Origin: a virus
Strand: one strand, 5' to 3'
IMG/VR virus record: IMGVR_UViG_3300020421_000007
Span: 1-64,000 of that record
Length of the DNA stretch: 64,000 bases
Below, one piece after another: positions 38,901 to 48,295 of the stretch (positions within the stretch are counted from its first letter, which is position 1; every line of letters starts with the position of its first letter). The position numbers were made by a program, and so were the translations under genes. Below the pieces are notes generated by a model that was given only the letters and a program-made list of their open reading frames with translations, was not told the DNA's origin and made no database searches.

Positions 38901-41633
38901 GTAAATACTACAATTTCTGTAGTTGTAACTGCTGCTGGATTTACTACTATCACACTGAATAATCCAGTCAATCAAAACATTCCTGCAGGAACTGTTATTG
39001 AATTTGAGAGAAGTGCTTCTCCACTTACACTAGAATCTAGTTTCACGCAAGGTAATTTTGTAGACGATATTGTTATTGTTAATGGTGGATCTGGATACAC
39101 AAATAGTCAATACTTTGATGTTTCCATCGATGGTGGAACTGGAACAGGTTTAAAAGCAAATATTATTGTTGCTAATGGAGAAGTAACAGAACTTACTGTT
39201 ACTGATGGTGGTAGTGGATATAGTGCTGACTTTAGTGTTACTCCACTTCCAGCACAAATTGGCGCTGGATCTGGTTTAGTTCTTGCTGCTAAGTTAAGCA
39301 CTCAGAACAAACAATACGCAAATGTTTCTATTGATGTTAACAGAGTAACAGATGCTACTATTTCGTCTGATTTGTTTGGAACAGTTGGTGTTGCTAGATT
39401 CTTAAAATCGCAGTTTGAAATTGGTGAAGTTGGAAACGGATCTGTAAAACTTAAAACTGGTTCCGATTCTGGACTAGACGCTGACCTTCTTGATGGTGCC
39501 CAAGGTGTTTTCTATACAAATGCTAGCAACCTTTCAGCGGGTACTGTTCCTATTGAAAGAATGTCTGGTACTTATAATATCAGTATTTCTGGTCAATCTG
39601 GTAACACTCTACGTTTAATTTCATCTACTAACAACCCAACATCTAGTCCAGATCCTGATACTTTCTCTACAGGTATTGTTGCCAACACTCTAAACAATAC
39701 TGCTACATCACTATCTGATGGTGGATCTAGAGCACTTATCATGACTCTGAGGAACTTTGGTTCCAGTACGGATGCTACTGGTGGTGGCGCTAGACAATTA
39801 GGATTTACAGATAATGATAATATGTGGATCCGTGGTTCTGGATCTACATTAACATCATGGGGTACTTGGTATAAGATCTGGAGTTCTGGTAACGATGGTG
39901 TTGGTTCTGGATTAGATGCTGATAGACTTGATAACAAACAAGGATCTTGGTATCAGAATGCATTAAACATTAACACAGGAACTTTATCTGATAATAGATT
40001 ACCAATTTATCAAACTCATAAGTATTTTGAAAATCAGTTAAGCATTAGAGCTGCCGCTGGAAATCCAAGATATAGAATTTATGTTGAGGGACAACTACTA
40101 ACCACTTCACCATTCCTTGCTGGTCAGCAAGTTAATTTATATGATTCAAATGCTCAAGGAACTGGTACTATTTTAATTAGTGCTATTCCCACAAATGTAG
40201 ATAGTAATGATGCCACTAATAATTATTCTATCATCGAAGGTGTACTTCAAACTGGTACATTTACTGGAGCAATTGCCATTGGTACTACAGCAGTTTCTGT
40301 TCCCTTCCAAGACTTCAGTCTAGATGATGCTGGAACATTTGAAGTTAACAAACTTTATAGTGCTTCAGGTACTGGTATTCTTGCTCTTGGTAGGGTTGAT
40401 GGTGTTGCTGCGACAAGTCCAGCAATTCACTTTAGATCTAGTCTAACTCCTGCTACTGGTGGATATAACGTTGCTCTTACTGCTACTGGTGGAGGAACTA
40501 CACTAGGATCAGGAACTCTTAACGCTACAGTTGCTAACGCTGATGGTTTCACCATTAATAATAACGTTATCTGGAATGCTGGTAACATTACATTTGCTTC
40601 TAATAACGTTGTTAATACCGCAGTTAAACGTGACGCTTCTGGCAACTTTGCCGCTGGAACAATCACTGCAAATATAACTGGTGCTTCTTCACTGAACGTT
40701 TTGAAATCAGGCGATACCATGACTGGTAACCTGCAGTGGTCTCAAACTGATCGTGGTCTTGTTTGGGGATTCAATACTGATGGTGCTTCAATTAAGTTCT
40801 ATAATACTGGTAATGCTGATACCAATTCAAGATTAGAATTTAACGTTAATGATGATGCCAATGAGTTCTTCCGTTGGACTGGAACTGTGGGTGGAACTGC
40901 CAGAGAATTCATGAAGTTGGTTCCAGCATCTACTGATTACAATGGCAGATTATCTATCCGTGGTATTACTACAATTGAAGCAAATCATACAGGAAGTGAT
41001 CCATATGCTCAGTTAGTTGTTAAGGGTAGAGGAACTGGTGCTTCTTCATATACTGGCATTGTTCTAGATAATCCCGCAAGTCTACAATCTCATATTAGAT
41101 TTGCTGATAATGGAAGTTTGAAGTGTCAACTTAGATGGCACAATGGAACAACTCAAGATAACAAACTTAAAATTTATTCATGGATCACTAGTAGCGATTT
41201 TGTTACCTTTGATGCTGCTCAAGGAAACATGGGTGTGGGTACAACTTCACCAAGTTCTAATTATAAATTACAAGTTGCTGGAGCATTTGCTGCCACCAGC
41301 AAGTCGTTCTGTATTGAGCACCCAACTAAAGAGAACCACAACCTCGTCTACGGATCTCTGGAGGGTCCTGAGCACGGTGTATACGTTCGTGGTAAGGCAA
41401 GTAAGGTTATTGAACTTCCAGACTACTGGACCGCTCTTGTAGACGAGAACAGCATTACAGTTCAACTAACACCAATTGGTAACCATAGAGCATGGGTTGA
41501 GAAGATCGAAAACAATAAGATCTTCATCAATGGTGGAGAGTCGTTCTACTTCGTTCAGGCAACACGTAAGGATATTCTACCACTAGAGGTAGAAGTTGAA
41601 CTACCTACTGAGGAAAACGAAAATGGCAATTAG
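32994..41633 (+). CDS. Long tail fibre/spike (2879 aa): beta-helix with phycobiliprotein-like insertions, GLDAD repeats and a cyanophage fibre C-terminal domain
   Basis: Late promoter ATAAATA 32954-32960; YVS..GSD.NDG.S..P.RTI cap; SGLDADLLDG/GLDADRLD; C-terminal KSF.IEHPT...GSLEGPEHGVY.RG...LPDYW. Confidence 0.88.
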   Translation: MSLDFNVDKQILSGTEPKILGSENFIVRSGSGSDEKEVFRTLLDPSTKLPRLGINRTGNKVESITVNENQGGTGYTVVPNVELSYPDPNNLAFGTRALASALINNGQVVAIVVDNQGAGYTSAPTVTITGGGGSGAAATAVLDTVDFELDINGAIRTSTSIISDTAKILNLDIDNFITPDANFRAPNLKTWANNSGTPWAANIVLQKGDYYYNGGNIYEVLETGLSGTVGPVHIDGIEPNGDASLKHIGFRVINPDLPLYNDTGDSGIFPRSITPKLGDKSDKIATTEYVLNLATNDVGGRVYVSQSIGSDNNDGRSAAAPVRTIKRACQVASESVGVKETVIIAGGDYVEDNPISIPPDCSIVGDNLRLVIVRPANPGKHIFKFGDKNYVIGVTFRDQINSAGDAVATWDFAMVFDDKQRVYFDRNAGGDFGRSFPIGHQIFGPEKIRVTFQTNTGTNQLLVGETVRGVNTGAVGTVTSVTFDETDANEPDAFVNGSIEIDIVSGSFNLGETFEYEIGAAPNITTFEFVAVGLKSIRAEGEVVSTGMDLTNTLSIARIDTTLQGTAEVSQNGFGSETEGNAEDLGGIVIYTNELLGRDNIHDFQNGDEVIISGLPSSNPDLSFLNGKQRIYKVLEDADGRSRRFVIPKKTTYSNANYVPVSASVSHYADYVTLTLLNSPNKFERANYVARRYQDACNLIRNNADFIAAEVVGQVNKEFAKEYFEVSAVNTNANTFQVYTTPNNFVHTYVSGGTVSYGGQTFTVTDLDYSNISGIGTITLNSSPNFTDGQTVKIEGIIVSCTVNGVTSQKEYPSFNIPIGDYKCTRDLKIIIHSLLMDLEYGSNDNVIEAAKRYIVGNQIDFVDKEIIQTVRAIEYTRQLCILAMRNWRVGTGLVTEPIYVPKYATGVARYFDDTVITTTAGVNADGSASDGTACADVKSAIDTLAYLFVDVLANNASGTLLDAAYLIARNRDLIVDQALIDAQITYPSLSLGVLGEYKCRRDSNIILTNVIRDLVLGGNAGIVTAAESYYTGTELTGLPANEVAATIYAFGKVKDYAIDAMRNWTDGTAASAPVLATATNATYNSNTGDVTVTIADPATALTTSDRVAFKEGAMTWTCSSNGGGDLASPTFQDRNNGRSLEIISVSSSSGSTTFTFNVGDAGSVQGVAHTFVSGLANGVVLIYEPLAANSSSIPRYDDWNILPDPSDPNCATVASAITTSFELLEDILDGTTAPGGTVKTFGTLYDTTNIINYASTTLYDANNDRITPTAVYDDLPIIEASPYTQNSSIISFLGGGGSLVDGSKVKSPNCPFPGLEPDGSASFPNQGKSMVASAFTIVSFGGTGYKVVEDGYTQLVSVFVIFCEDGILCETGGYASVTNSATNFGTFALRATGFRKDPYTFDVGQIVGVSSSTGTNRTQFRVSGLGREPLEHYIVKIDGYKNHNPDIEFFVETVEQVTVGPPFEALLTLESGSGGAAEFEDVNNPGVIVSNSLAEFSGVTLRLHRPSIVNSSSHTWEFAGSGTNYNALPENGGTKIEANEQVPQNYGRVYCSGTDELGDFKVGTFAKIENRTGAITFTGTVTISEVEFLKLKGGDVVVTGFDASNTLGGANSTDSKLPTQKAVKDYITNNLGPYLNKPYSTNAVPRALVELTDSGKISIDQIPALRPFSVFTVADQAERLALEGALAGDIAIQQDNNVSFILNNDLSSLFVGFPIDSNLVFNTGDIYTGSNTGGRIQATEYRQGVVYQLNITDAGSGYTSAPTVTINHAGNAPSVEAKAVATIANGQVVTLTLITFNSYIGGLGYDAQPTVNIAAPGGGGTTAVASALIESRVYGDIVNNIKIDDTDSIDDSDSPANTVSINRVVNTSSNIASNWVSLSATQISATDITSGIISTSRLALNSSAANSFTFLRGDQAYAPAVQSFKAAETRYFAILSSQANNGSSQLVFPTNADVLKGHEVKATVNGIQVNTTISVVVTAAGFTTITLNNPVNQNIPAGTVIEFERSASPLTLESSFTQGNFVDDIVIVNGGSGYTNSQYFDVSIDGGTGTGLKANIIVANGEVTELTVTDGGSGYSADFSVTPLPAQIGAGSGLVLAAKLSTQNKQYANVSIDVNRVTDATISSDLFGTVGVARFLKSQFEIGEVGNGSVKLKTGSDSGLDADLLDGAQGVFYTNASNLSAGTVPIERMSGTYNISISGQSGNTLRLISSTNNPTSSPDPDTFSTGIVANTLNNTATSLSDGGSRALIMTLRNFGSSTDATGGGARQLGFTDNDNMWIRGSGSTLTSWGTWYKIWSSGNDGVGSGLDADRLDNKQGSWYQNALNINTGTLSDNRLPIYQTHKYFENQLSIRAAAGNPRYRIYVEGQLLTTSPFLAGQQVNLYDSNAQGTGTILISAIPTNVDSNDATNNYSIIEGVLQTGTFTGAIAIGTTAVSVPFQDFSLDDAGTFEVNKLYSASGTGILALGRVDGVAATSPAIHFRSSLTPATGGYNVALTATGGGTTLGSGTLNATVANADGFTINNNVIWNAGNITFASNNVVNTAVKRDASGNFAAGTITANITGASSLNVLKSGDTMTGNLQWSQTDRGLVWGFNTDGASIKFYNTGNADTNSRLEFNVNDDANEFFRWTGTVGGTAREFMKLVPASTDYNGRLSIRGITTIEANHTGSDPYAQLVVKGRGTGASSYTGIVLDNPASLQSHIRFADNGSLKCQLRWHNGTTQDNKLKIYSWITSSDFVTFDAAQGNMGVGTTSPSSNYKLQVAGAFAATSKSFCIEHPTKENHNLVYGSLEGPEHGVYVRGKASKVIELPDYWTALVDENSITVQLTPIGNHRAWVEKIENNKIFINGGESFYFVQATRKDILPLEVEVELPTEENENGN

Positions 41634-42279
41634 ATATGGAAAAGGATCTAGAAGAATTACTTCTGGAGATATCCTAGCATACTACACCAACAATATGAAT
41701 AATGTTTCTTCTGGAGATGTTGGTGGTGGTTATGAATTTTATGGAACAAATACTCAAGGTGGTTGTGGTAATGTTAATGGTGATGCTGGTGTTTTAATTG
41801 TTCTTAAGGATGACATCTCTTGGAATAGAGTTACATGCCAATTTGAATTTGATGGCACTGCTTCTTGCTGGACTTTTTTAGGCGCAGGTTCTAGCACCAA
41901 TTCAACACAAGATGCTGCTGGTTATGGTTATGGAGCAAATGGTCCCAGTGTTCCAACAGAAATGTCTAATAGCAACAATTATAATGCTGGTGGTCATGGA
42001 AACATTTATGAATATAACGAAAATTTAGGAGATAGAATTTTTAATGATGTTAATGCTTTTAGTGATAGTGGTAACTTCATTAGAAAAGCAAGTGCCTGTG
42101 ACAACGAAAATACTAATATGTTCCATGGTAGTTTTAATGATGCTGGATACAAATCATTTTGGACTACAAGAAGAAGAGTTGAAAATGGATATCCAGGTGG
42201 AGTTTGGCATGGAAGATCCTGTGCTAGCACAGGAAGATATATAAGGATAAAGAATATTTTTGTTTGGTACGAGGGATAA
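41623..42279 (+). CDS. Hypothetical virion/fibre-tip protein (Gly/Asn/Cys-rich)
   Basis: GAGG RBS, ATG 41623 (MAIRYG...), directly after the fibre gene. Confidence 0.75.
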   Translation: MAIRYGKGSRRITSGDILAYYTNNMNNVSSGDVGGGYEFYGTNTQGGCGNVNGDAGVLIVLKDDISWNRVTCQFEFDGTASCWTFLGAGSSTNSTQDAAGYGYGANGPSVPTEMSNSNNYNAGGHGNIYEYNENLGDRIFNDVNAFSDSGNFIRKASACDNENTNMFHGSFNDAGYKSFWTTRRRVENGYPGGVWHGRSCASTGRYIRIKNIFVWYEG

Positions 42280-42282
42280 CCA

Positions 42283-43050
42283 ATGGCAACATTTACAGGA
42301 CCACATGGAGTACAAAGAGGATTAATATTTTGTGTAGATGCAGGTAATCCTAAGTCTTACAAATCTGGAGATGCTGAGTGGAAAAATATTGCTCCTACAA
42401 CTTTTGGAAATATGAAACCTGTCTCTGGATTTAATTCACAGTGTCAGTGGAATTCAAATGGATATTTTGATATCAATAGTTATGCTGATAATCCACAACC
42501 AAATGCTATTGCTAGTTCCACAAACGATGCCCACATTTATCATACGGTTCCATCTGAATTTAGATTGGATGGCAGTAGTCAAGATAAAAGTTATGAAGCT
42601 TGGTTTAGAATAACAAATTTATCATATACTAATGGTTCTATTTTTAGGACTATGACTGGTACTGGTTGTAGCTATGCTTGTAATGGAGGTATAGAATATA
42701 ATAATGGAGTTGTAGAATTTACCCATTATGATAATAATGCTTATCATTTAACTAATGGTGGGTATGTTGCTACTCCAGGTGTTTGGATTCATGCTGTAGG
42801 AAGTTATACTTCTGGAGAAAATCCAAATAAAAAATTATATATTAATGGTGAATTAAATGCTTCTATGAATACATCAGCATTTGATTATGCTTCTGGTGGA
42901 GTGTATATTGAAATTGGTTTTAATAGAAAAGCAAATGCCCCAAGAACATTTGATGGTGACATTGCTATTGTCAGTATGTACAACGTTGGTCTTACGGCAG
43001 CAGAGGTTAAACAAAACTTTGATGCCAATAGAGCAAGATTTGGAATATAA
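42283..43050 (+). CDS. LamG/concanavalin A-like lectin domain protein
   Basis: GLI..DAGN..SY, YEAWF, W.HAVG.Y...KLYING, F.GDIA.V.MYN..LT..EV.QNF motifs. Confidence 0.85.
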   Translation: MATFTGPHGVQRGLIFCVDAGNPKSYKSGDAEWKNIAPTTFGNMKPVSGFNSQCQWNSNGYFDINSYADNPQPNAIASSTNDAHIYHTVPSEFRLDGSSQDKSYEAWFRITNLSYTNGSIFRTMTGTGCSYACNGGIEYNNGVVEFTHYDNNAYHLTNGGYVATPGVWIHAVGSYTSGENPNKKLYINGELNASMNTSAFDYASGGVYIEIGFNRKANAPRTFDGDIAIVSMYNVGLTAAEVKQNFDANRARFGI

Positions 43051-43053
43051 ATA
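43046..43053 (+). promoter_or_regulatory. T4-type late promoter
   Basis: TATAAATA upstream of 43076. Confidence 0.75.
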
Positions 43054-43075
43054 CTCAATAAAGGTCTAACTCAAG

Positions 43076-45076
43076 ATGGCGAATTCTGATAAGGACATCC
43101 TTATAACGCCCAATAGAGGCACAGCGAATATACCAGAAATTAGTTTTGTCGGACAAGATAATGCACCGATTAAACTTCGCGTACTTGATGACAACACGTT
43201 ATCCTTTGAAGGAAACTCGGGACAACTATTTTCTATTGATGATAATTTAACTACTGGAACAATATTTGCTGTTTCCGATATTAGTGGCGTACCATCAATT
43301 CAAGTTGATGCTAATGGAAGAATCGACATTGCCAGATATGGTGGATCATTAAATATCGGCAATAATAATAACACCACAGACAGAGCACTATGTGTTACTG
43401 GTGAGATAGCACTAACAACTATAAATTCAACACCAGCTGGTTTATGTTTCTGGGAAAGTGGAGATAATACTGGTACAGCACCAGCACAGATTTATTGGGA
43501 TGGACCTGGATATGCTGATAACAACAACTATCTTTCTCTCAGAACAAATAGTGCGGACAGATTAACAGTAACATATGCTGGTGCTGTTGGATTGGGCACC
43601 AACGCACCAAATAAAAAATTCCATCTTTATGGTGGTCATGGTGATACTTCCATGAGATTGACACTGCCATCAGGAAACAATGGTGCAGGAACTGGTGATA
43701 TTCATATGCAACTATGGGTATCAGAACCAGGAAGGACCTGGGATGGTGGTGGCATTGGTATGAATGTTACCAATTATTATACAACGTCATATCCATCATC
43801 TGCTAATGATCAATCAAATAATTATTTCCCACAACTGAATAGTGCCATCGGTCAAGCATATTTGAGATTTTTCCCTAATGGAGGAAGAATCGAATTCTCT
43901 ACGATGGACAATGATGGTACATCATATAGAGAACAAATCCATATGCTTAAAGGTGGCATTGGTATCAATACCACCACAGATGTCGGAAGCACTTACAAAT
44001 TAGTTGTTGGTGGTGATATTAATTTTACTGGTGAATTATATCAAAATGGAACAATTTTTGAAACTCTACCTCCACAAAGCGCAGCTACAATTGGCGCAGC
44101 ATTAAGATCTGATGGCACCAATGCTTTCTGGGATATTGGTGATCCATGGGGTGGTAACGGTACTGATGATCTTCCACACGCAGTAGAAGACAGATATAGA
44201 GTTGGATTCCAAATTAGCAGAGGATATGCTATGGCGGGATATAAGAACAGCACATCTTATAAGAATGTATGTTCTCTCGACATGGCAAATAATACCATCA
44301 CAAATCATGGAGACATTTTAACAAATGGTCAAGGTTATTGTGCGGGAGCACAAAACTTAAGCATGTACGCATACGTTATGATTGCGGTCAATGGTGTTGG
44401 TGGTACTGGATCTACTGTATCTAAGATCAATATGAATACATCATCAAACGCAAATACAACATCTATTAATAATAATAGATCTGCTACAAGTTTGATGAGG
44501 AGAGACTTTAAGTATGCGTATGTTTATGGTGGAGGAGACAGTAGACCAGATAGATTTAATTTAACTAATGACACTTCTGCTTTATCTCCAAATGGTAACC
44601 CAGCAGGTGGTGAAAATAATCCAGCAGGTGGTTTTGGTGCTACCTATGGATGGACTAGAAGAAATGGAGCATACTTATTCAGTTGGGCTGCTGAAACTTA
44701 TACTGCTTGGCCAAGTTCGCCTGGAACCGATGGATCGAATAAAACCTTAAATGCCAGACATGGATTTAATTATTGGAATACTGCTGGTGGATATAGAACT
44801 TCATCAAACCTTTCTAAGAGAAGCGCCCTTACAGGATCTGAGGCAACTCAGGTTGGTAAATTTGAATGTGGAGAAGAAACTTTCTTTACTGGTATGAACC
44901 GTGGATACATGTGTGGTATGTATGATGGTGCTCAAAAGAACACAGGAGCAGTTCTAAATTATTCTGCTGAAACATTTACTGCTGATAGTAATATAGATAG
45001 ACAAGGACCACCTGGATCTGCTTCTGGAGCTGGTGCTGAGTTTGGTACAGTTCTAACAGGTTACGACGGAGTATAA
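43076..45076 (+). CDS. Fibre-like protein with C-terminal Kelch-like beta-propeller
   Basis: N-terminal MANSDKDILITPN; G.GT.AP and V.GDINFTG.LYQNG fibre motifs; repeats GYAMAGY, AYVYGG, GYMCGMY. Confidence 0.75.
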   Translation: MANSDKDILITPNRGTANIPEISFVGQDNAPIKLRVLDDNTLSFEGNSGQLFSIDDNLTTGTIFAVSDISGVPSIQVDANGRIDIARYGGSLNIGNNNNTTDRALCVTGEIALTTINSTPAGLCFWESGDNTGTAPAQIYWDGPGYADNNNYLSLRTNSADRLTVTYAGAVGLGTNAPNKKFHLYGGHGDTSMRLTLPSGNNGAGTGDIHMQLWVSEPGRTWDGGGIGMNVTNYYTTSYPSSANDQSNNYFPQLNSAIGQAYLRFFPNGGRIEFSTMDNDGTSYREQIHMLKGGIGINTTTDVGSTYKLVVGGDINFTGELYQNGTIFETLPPQSAATIGAALRSDGTNAFWDIGDPWGGNGTDDLPHAVEDRYRVGFQISRGYAMAGYKNSTSYKNVCSLDMANNTITNHGDILTNGQGYCAGAQNLSMYAYVMIAVNGVGGTGSTVSKINMNTSSNANTTSINNNRSATSLMRRDFKYAYVYGGGDSRPDRFNLTNDTSALSPNGNPAGGENNPAGGFGATYGWTRRNGAYLFSWAAETYTAWPSSPGTDGSNKTLNARHGFNYWNTAGGYRTSSNLSKRSALTGSEATQVGKFECGEETFFTGMNRGYMCGMYDGAQKNTGAVLNYSAETFTADSNIDRQGPPGSASGAGAEFGTVLTGYDGV

Positions 45077-45078
45077 AA

Positions 45079-45831
45079 ATGAGAAGTTATTATCTTACAA
45101 ATTCCAGAGCAGTATCTAAACTGTTTTCTTTTAAAACGCATGGAGAAATCCTTAATTGGAGATTCTTTTCTATTGATTATCTCGACAAAGATAATTTAAA
45201 GGAACTAGCTCCACGATGTATTGAAGTGGAAAAGGATGTTGCTATATTTGGCATTAAATCTTGGGGAGAAACTAGAGATGAAATTTCTGTATATAACACA
45301 GAATGTGAAGTAGATAATGAATTTGAAGAGTTTGATGTTGTAGCAGCAAATCCTAAAGATACTCAAGGAAAAATTAAAATTCCTATGAGTGATAAAAGAA
45401 AGGGTGTTGTTAGAAAAGCAATGAAATTAATTGCTAAAGTTATTATTGAAGATGAATATGATGTTAAATATCGTAGTTACTTGGCAAAAACTTCCGCCTT
45501 AGAAAGAGACACATGGAAATATCAGGTAGAAGATACTGATTTTAGAAACTCTCTTGCTGATATTAAAGGACGCGAAAGAGAAGAATTTGGAAACATTGTT
45601 TTTAGTAGTGGAAACTCCCATGAGGACTATATAAAAACATTATACATAGAGTGTCAGTCATTAAAACAAAAATTTTATGATGCTGTGACTATTGAAGATC
45701 TAAGTGTTTTATATGAAGATCATTTCAATCTTCCCATGCAGTCCCATCTTGCTATTAAGTTGGGTAGAGAAATTGTTAATGCTGATAAACCAAACGAAAG
45801 ACTAGATGTTGGAGTTGGTTTAAATTTTTAA
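45079..45831 (+). CDS. Hypothetical protein, possible fibre assembly chaperone
   Basis: ERDTW..Q...LA..KG pattern resembles tail-fibre assembly proteins; directly follows the fibre gene. Confidence 0.55.
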   Translation: MRSYYLTNSRAVSKLFSFKTHGEILNWRFFSIDYLDKDNLKELAPRCIEVEKDVAIFGIKSWGETRDEISVYNTECEVDNEFEEFDVVAANPKDTQGKIKIPMSDKRKGVVRKAMKLIAKVIIEDEYDVKYRSYLAKTSALERDTWKYQVEDTDFRNSLADIKGREREEFGNIVFSSGNSHEDYIKTLYIECQSLKQKFYDAVTIEDLSVLYEDHFNLPMQSHLAIKLGREIVNADKPNERLDVGVGLNF

Positions 45832-45849
45832 ATTAATTTTTGAATCGCC

Positions 45850-46650
45850 ATGGCAATTGATGCAAATGAATTAGATATTGATACTATTGTAGATATCGCT
45901 AAAAAATGGGCAAGTGGTATGTCACCTCAGCAGTGTGACATGTATGTAATTCATTCTCAAGTTACAAAAGACAGGCAGGTTAAACAATGTCTGATGGAAA
46001 TTGAGAATAGAAATCACAATTTACAAAAACTTGATATTGAAAAGAGGAAGCACGAAGTAAATCTTAGAAAGGTTACTGCTTTATATGAGGCAGAAGAAGA
46101 TCCTGATGAAAAGGAACTTTTTCAAATTGAACTCGATAGTATGGCTTTAGATTTTGATGTGTTTAAACGCAGAAAAATTACACAAGAAAAAGAAATTCAA
46201 AGTTTCTTTCAGTGGTTGCTTGATGAAGGGTATACTGCTGAAGAATTAGAAAAAAGATTGGAGTATGATCCCGAAGAAGAAAGAAAGTATTGGATTTCTA
46301 GAATGGGTAAACAAGCAGCTCTTGATGTTGTATTCCAAGGAAGAATTGGAACAGGCAATTTAGATTCAATTGCCATGATGAAAGAGACAGATCAGCAAGC
46401 AATTTTAGAAATTGCTATGCAATATTCTGCATTGTATAATGTAAGTATGAAAAAAATTCAAGAGAGACTTCTTCCATACATTCAACAAATGGAAGAAAGT
46501 TCCACTGGAGCATTACCAACATTCCATGGCATCGATGATAATCTTGAAATTGGTTTATTGAGTGAATTAAAAACTATTAAAGGTGAATTGAATGCCGCCA
46601 AACCATCCACACCAAGTCTTCAGCTTACCTATAAACCCAAAGCTTCCTGA
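45850..46650 (+). CDS. Coiled-coil hypothetical protein
   Basis: 266 aa; central heptads; EERKYW..RM.KQAA.D...G.I..GNL motif. Confidence 0.8.
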   Translation: MAIDANELDIDTIVDIAKKWASGMSPQQCDMYVIHSQVTKDRQVKQCLMEIENRNHNLQKLDIEKRKHEVNLRKVTALYEAEEDPDEKELFQIELDSMALDFDVFKRRKITQEKEIQSFFQWLLDEGYTAEELEKRLEYDPEEERKYWISRMGKQAALDVVFQGRIGTGNLDSIAMMKETDQQAILEIAMQYSALYNVSMKKIQERLLPYIQQMEESSTGALPTFHGIDDNLEIGLLSELKTIKGELNAAKPSTPSLQLTYKPKAS

Positions 46651-48295
46651 AGAATTTGTAGAAAATATTTTTATTCCCTTTCTAATTGAGTATAGGGAAT
46701 ATATTTTTGATTTATATTTTACCTGTAGAATGCCTCCTTTTACACAGGACGCTATGGGAGATCTTTTTGGTAATCCAAAAGATACAACTTTTAGTGCCTT
46801 GTATATTTCAAACAAGACAGGTATTCCTTTGTCTGCTACATTTAATAATATCTACATTAGACCAGATCAAGAAACTTTAGATTTGTTTATTAAAAATTTT
46901 AAGTATGTTTATGATAAGGGTGTGAGAATTGCTACTATTCCACACACCTCTTGGTTGATGACTGGACAAATTCAAAAAGCATTTCCAGATCTTTTTATTA
47001 AAAATACTATTTTGCGAGAAGTTACAAGACCAAATGAAATTGTATCTCTAGCAAAAGCAGGTTTTCACTATATCAATTTAGATAGAGATTTGATGCGTGA
47101 TAGAGATCAACTTGTAGCAATTAAAGAAGCAAAAGACTACTGTGAATCTATTGGCAAACCAGTAAAGATTTCTTTGCTTGCCAATGAAAATTGCTGGGGT
47201 GGGTGTCCCATTATGCCAGAACATTATCATTATAACAACACCAGAAGTGGAGACAATCCAGAATATTTTGCTGATGCTATTAGTAGAATCTCATGTTCTT
47301 CTTGGGACATTCACGATTCTTCATCTCCCCTAAAAGCAGCAATTCTACCTCCATGGAAAGAAGACTGGGAGGAATTTATTGATTTGGGTATTGATGTTTT
47401 TAAAATGCATGGTAGGGAGTCTGCCACAAGACTCAAAGAAAGCATGGACATCATTGAGAACTGGGCAGATGAAAAAGAATATTTGTTTCCAAATTTTGAT
47501 GAGTTTATTCATGACATCCACATCGAAAATAAACCTATCAATATATGGAGAGAAAAAATTAAATCATGTAAATTTGATTGTTGGAAATGTAATTACTGCG
47601 AATCTGTAATTGAATCTAGAAAGAAAAAATATCACAGAGACAATCATAAGTATGTCTATCATGTTTTAGATTCTTTAGATAAATCAGGAAGATACGAATC
47701 TAAATTTGATGCTGAGTCTTACGATATCGAAGGATTAACTTCTGATAGAGTTAGGCATTTTTTAAATAACCTTTGCTCTATAGAAGAAGCAAAGTATTTG
47801 GAGGTGGGTTCATATGCTGGCAGCACTTTTTTTGCTGCTACTATGAACAATGATATTCCATCATTTGCTGTCGATAATTATATTTGTAATGTATCTCCAG
47901 CAAGATTAGATGTTAAATGGAATGGATACTCTGCTCCAAAAAAGAAGTTCTTAAACAACAGAAAAAAATATAAGTCGGGAAAACTTATCGATAAACATAT
48001 TCAAGATGTTAACTTGTTTGATCTAAAAAACACTAAAGTTAATGTTGTATTTTATGACGGAAGTCATGAATATAAAGATCAACAGAAAGCATTAGAAACA
48101 GTTTTACCACTAGTTGAAGATACATTTATTTTAGTTATCGATGACGCAAATTTCAAAGATGTGGTAGAATCTGCTAAGCAGTTTATATCTGATAATAAAT
48201 TGACCTCTTTATATGAAAACCAACTTCTCACTACTAAGTATGAAGATTCTACCAGTTGGTGGAACGGTTTGTTTGTGGCGGTTTTAAAAAAATGA
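46592..48295 (+). CDS. Peptidase-U32-like Fe-S protein fused to a class I SAM methyltransferase
   Basis: LLANENCWGGCP...SC...FKMHGR (U32 Cys cluster; KxxGR), CKFDCWKCNYC, then LEVGSYAGS...FYDGSH...LVIDD (Methyltransf_24-like). Confidence 0.75.
   Translation: MPPNHPHQVFSLPINPKLPEEFVENIFIPFLIEYREYIFDLYFTCRMPPFTQDAMGDLFGNPKDTTFSALYISNKTGIPLSATFNNIYIRPDQETLDLFIKNFKYVYDKGVRIATIPHTSWLMTGQIQKAFPDLFIKNTILREVTRPNEIVSLAKAGFHYINLDRDLMRDRDQLVAIKEAKDYCESIGKPVKISLLANENCWGGCPIMPEHYHYNNTRSGDNPEYFADAISRISCSSWDIHDSSSPLKAAILPPWKEDWEEFIDLGIDVFKMHGRESATRLKESMDIIENWADEKEYLFPNFDEFIHDIHIENKPINIWREKIKSCKFDCWKCNYCESVIESRKKKYHRDNHKYVYHVLDSLDKSGRYESKFDAESYDIEGLTSDRVRHFLNNLCSIEEAKYLEVGSYAGSTFFAATMNNDIPSFAVDNYICNVSPARLDVKWNGYSAPKKKFLNNRKKYKSGKLIDKHIQDVNLFDLKNTKVNVVFYDGSHEYKDQQKALETVLPLVEDTFILVIDDANFKDVVESAKQFISDNKLTSLYENQLLTTKYEDSTSWWNGLFVAVLKK

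Noticed and set aside
27775-45076. Diversity-generating retroelement or invertible cassette acting on the fibre genes
   Set aside because: No reverse transcriptase or invertase gene, and no template/variable repeat pair or inverted repeats were seen
46592-47600. Radical SAM enzyme or true protease
   Set aside because: No N-terminal CxxxCxxC in a radical-SAM context; the KxxGR and Cys pattern fit the U32 family, whose characterised Fe-S members act in hydroxylation
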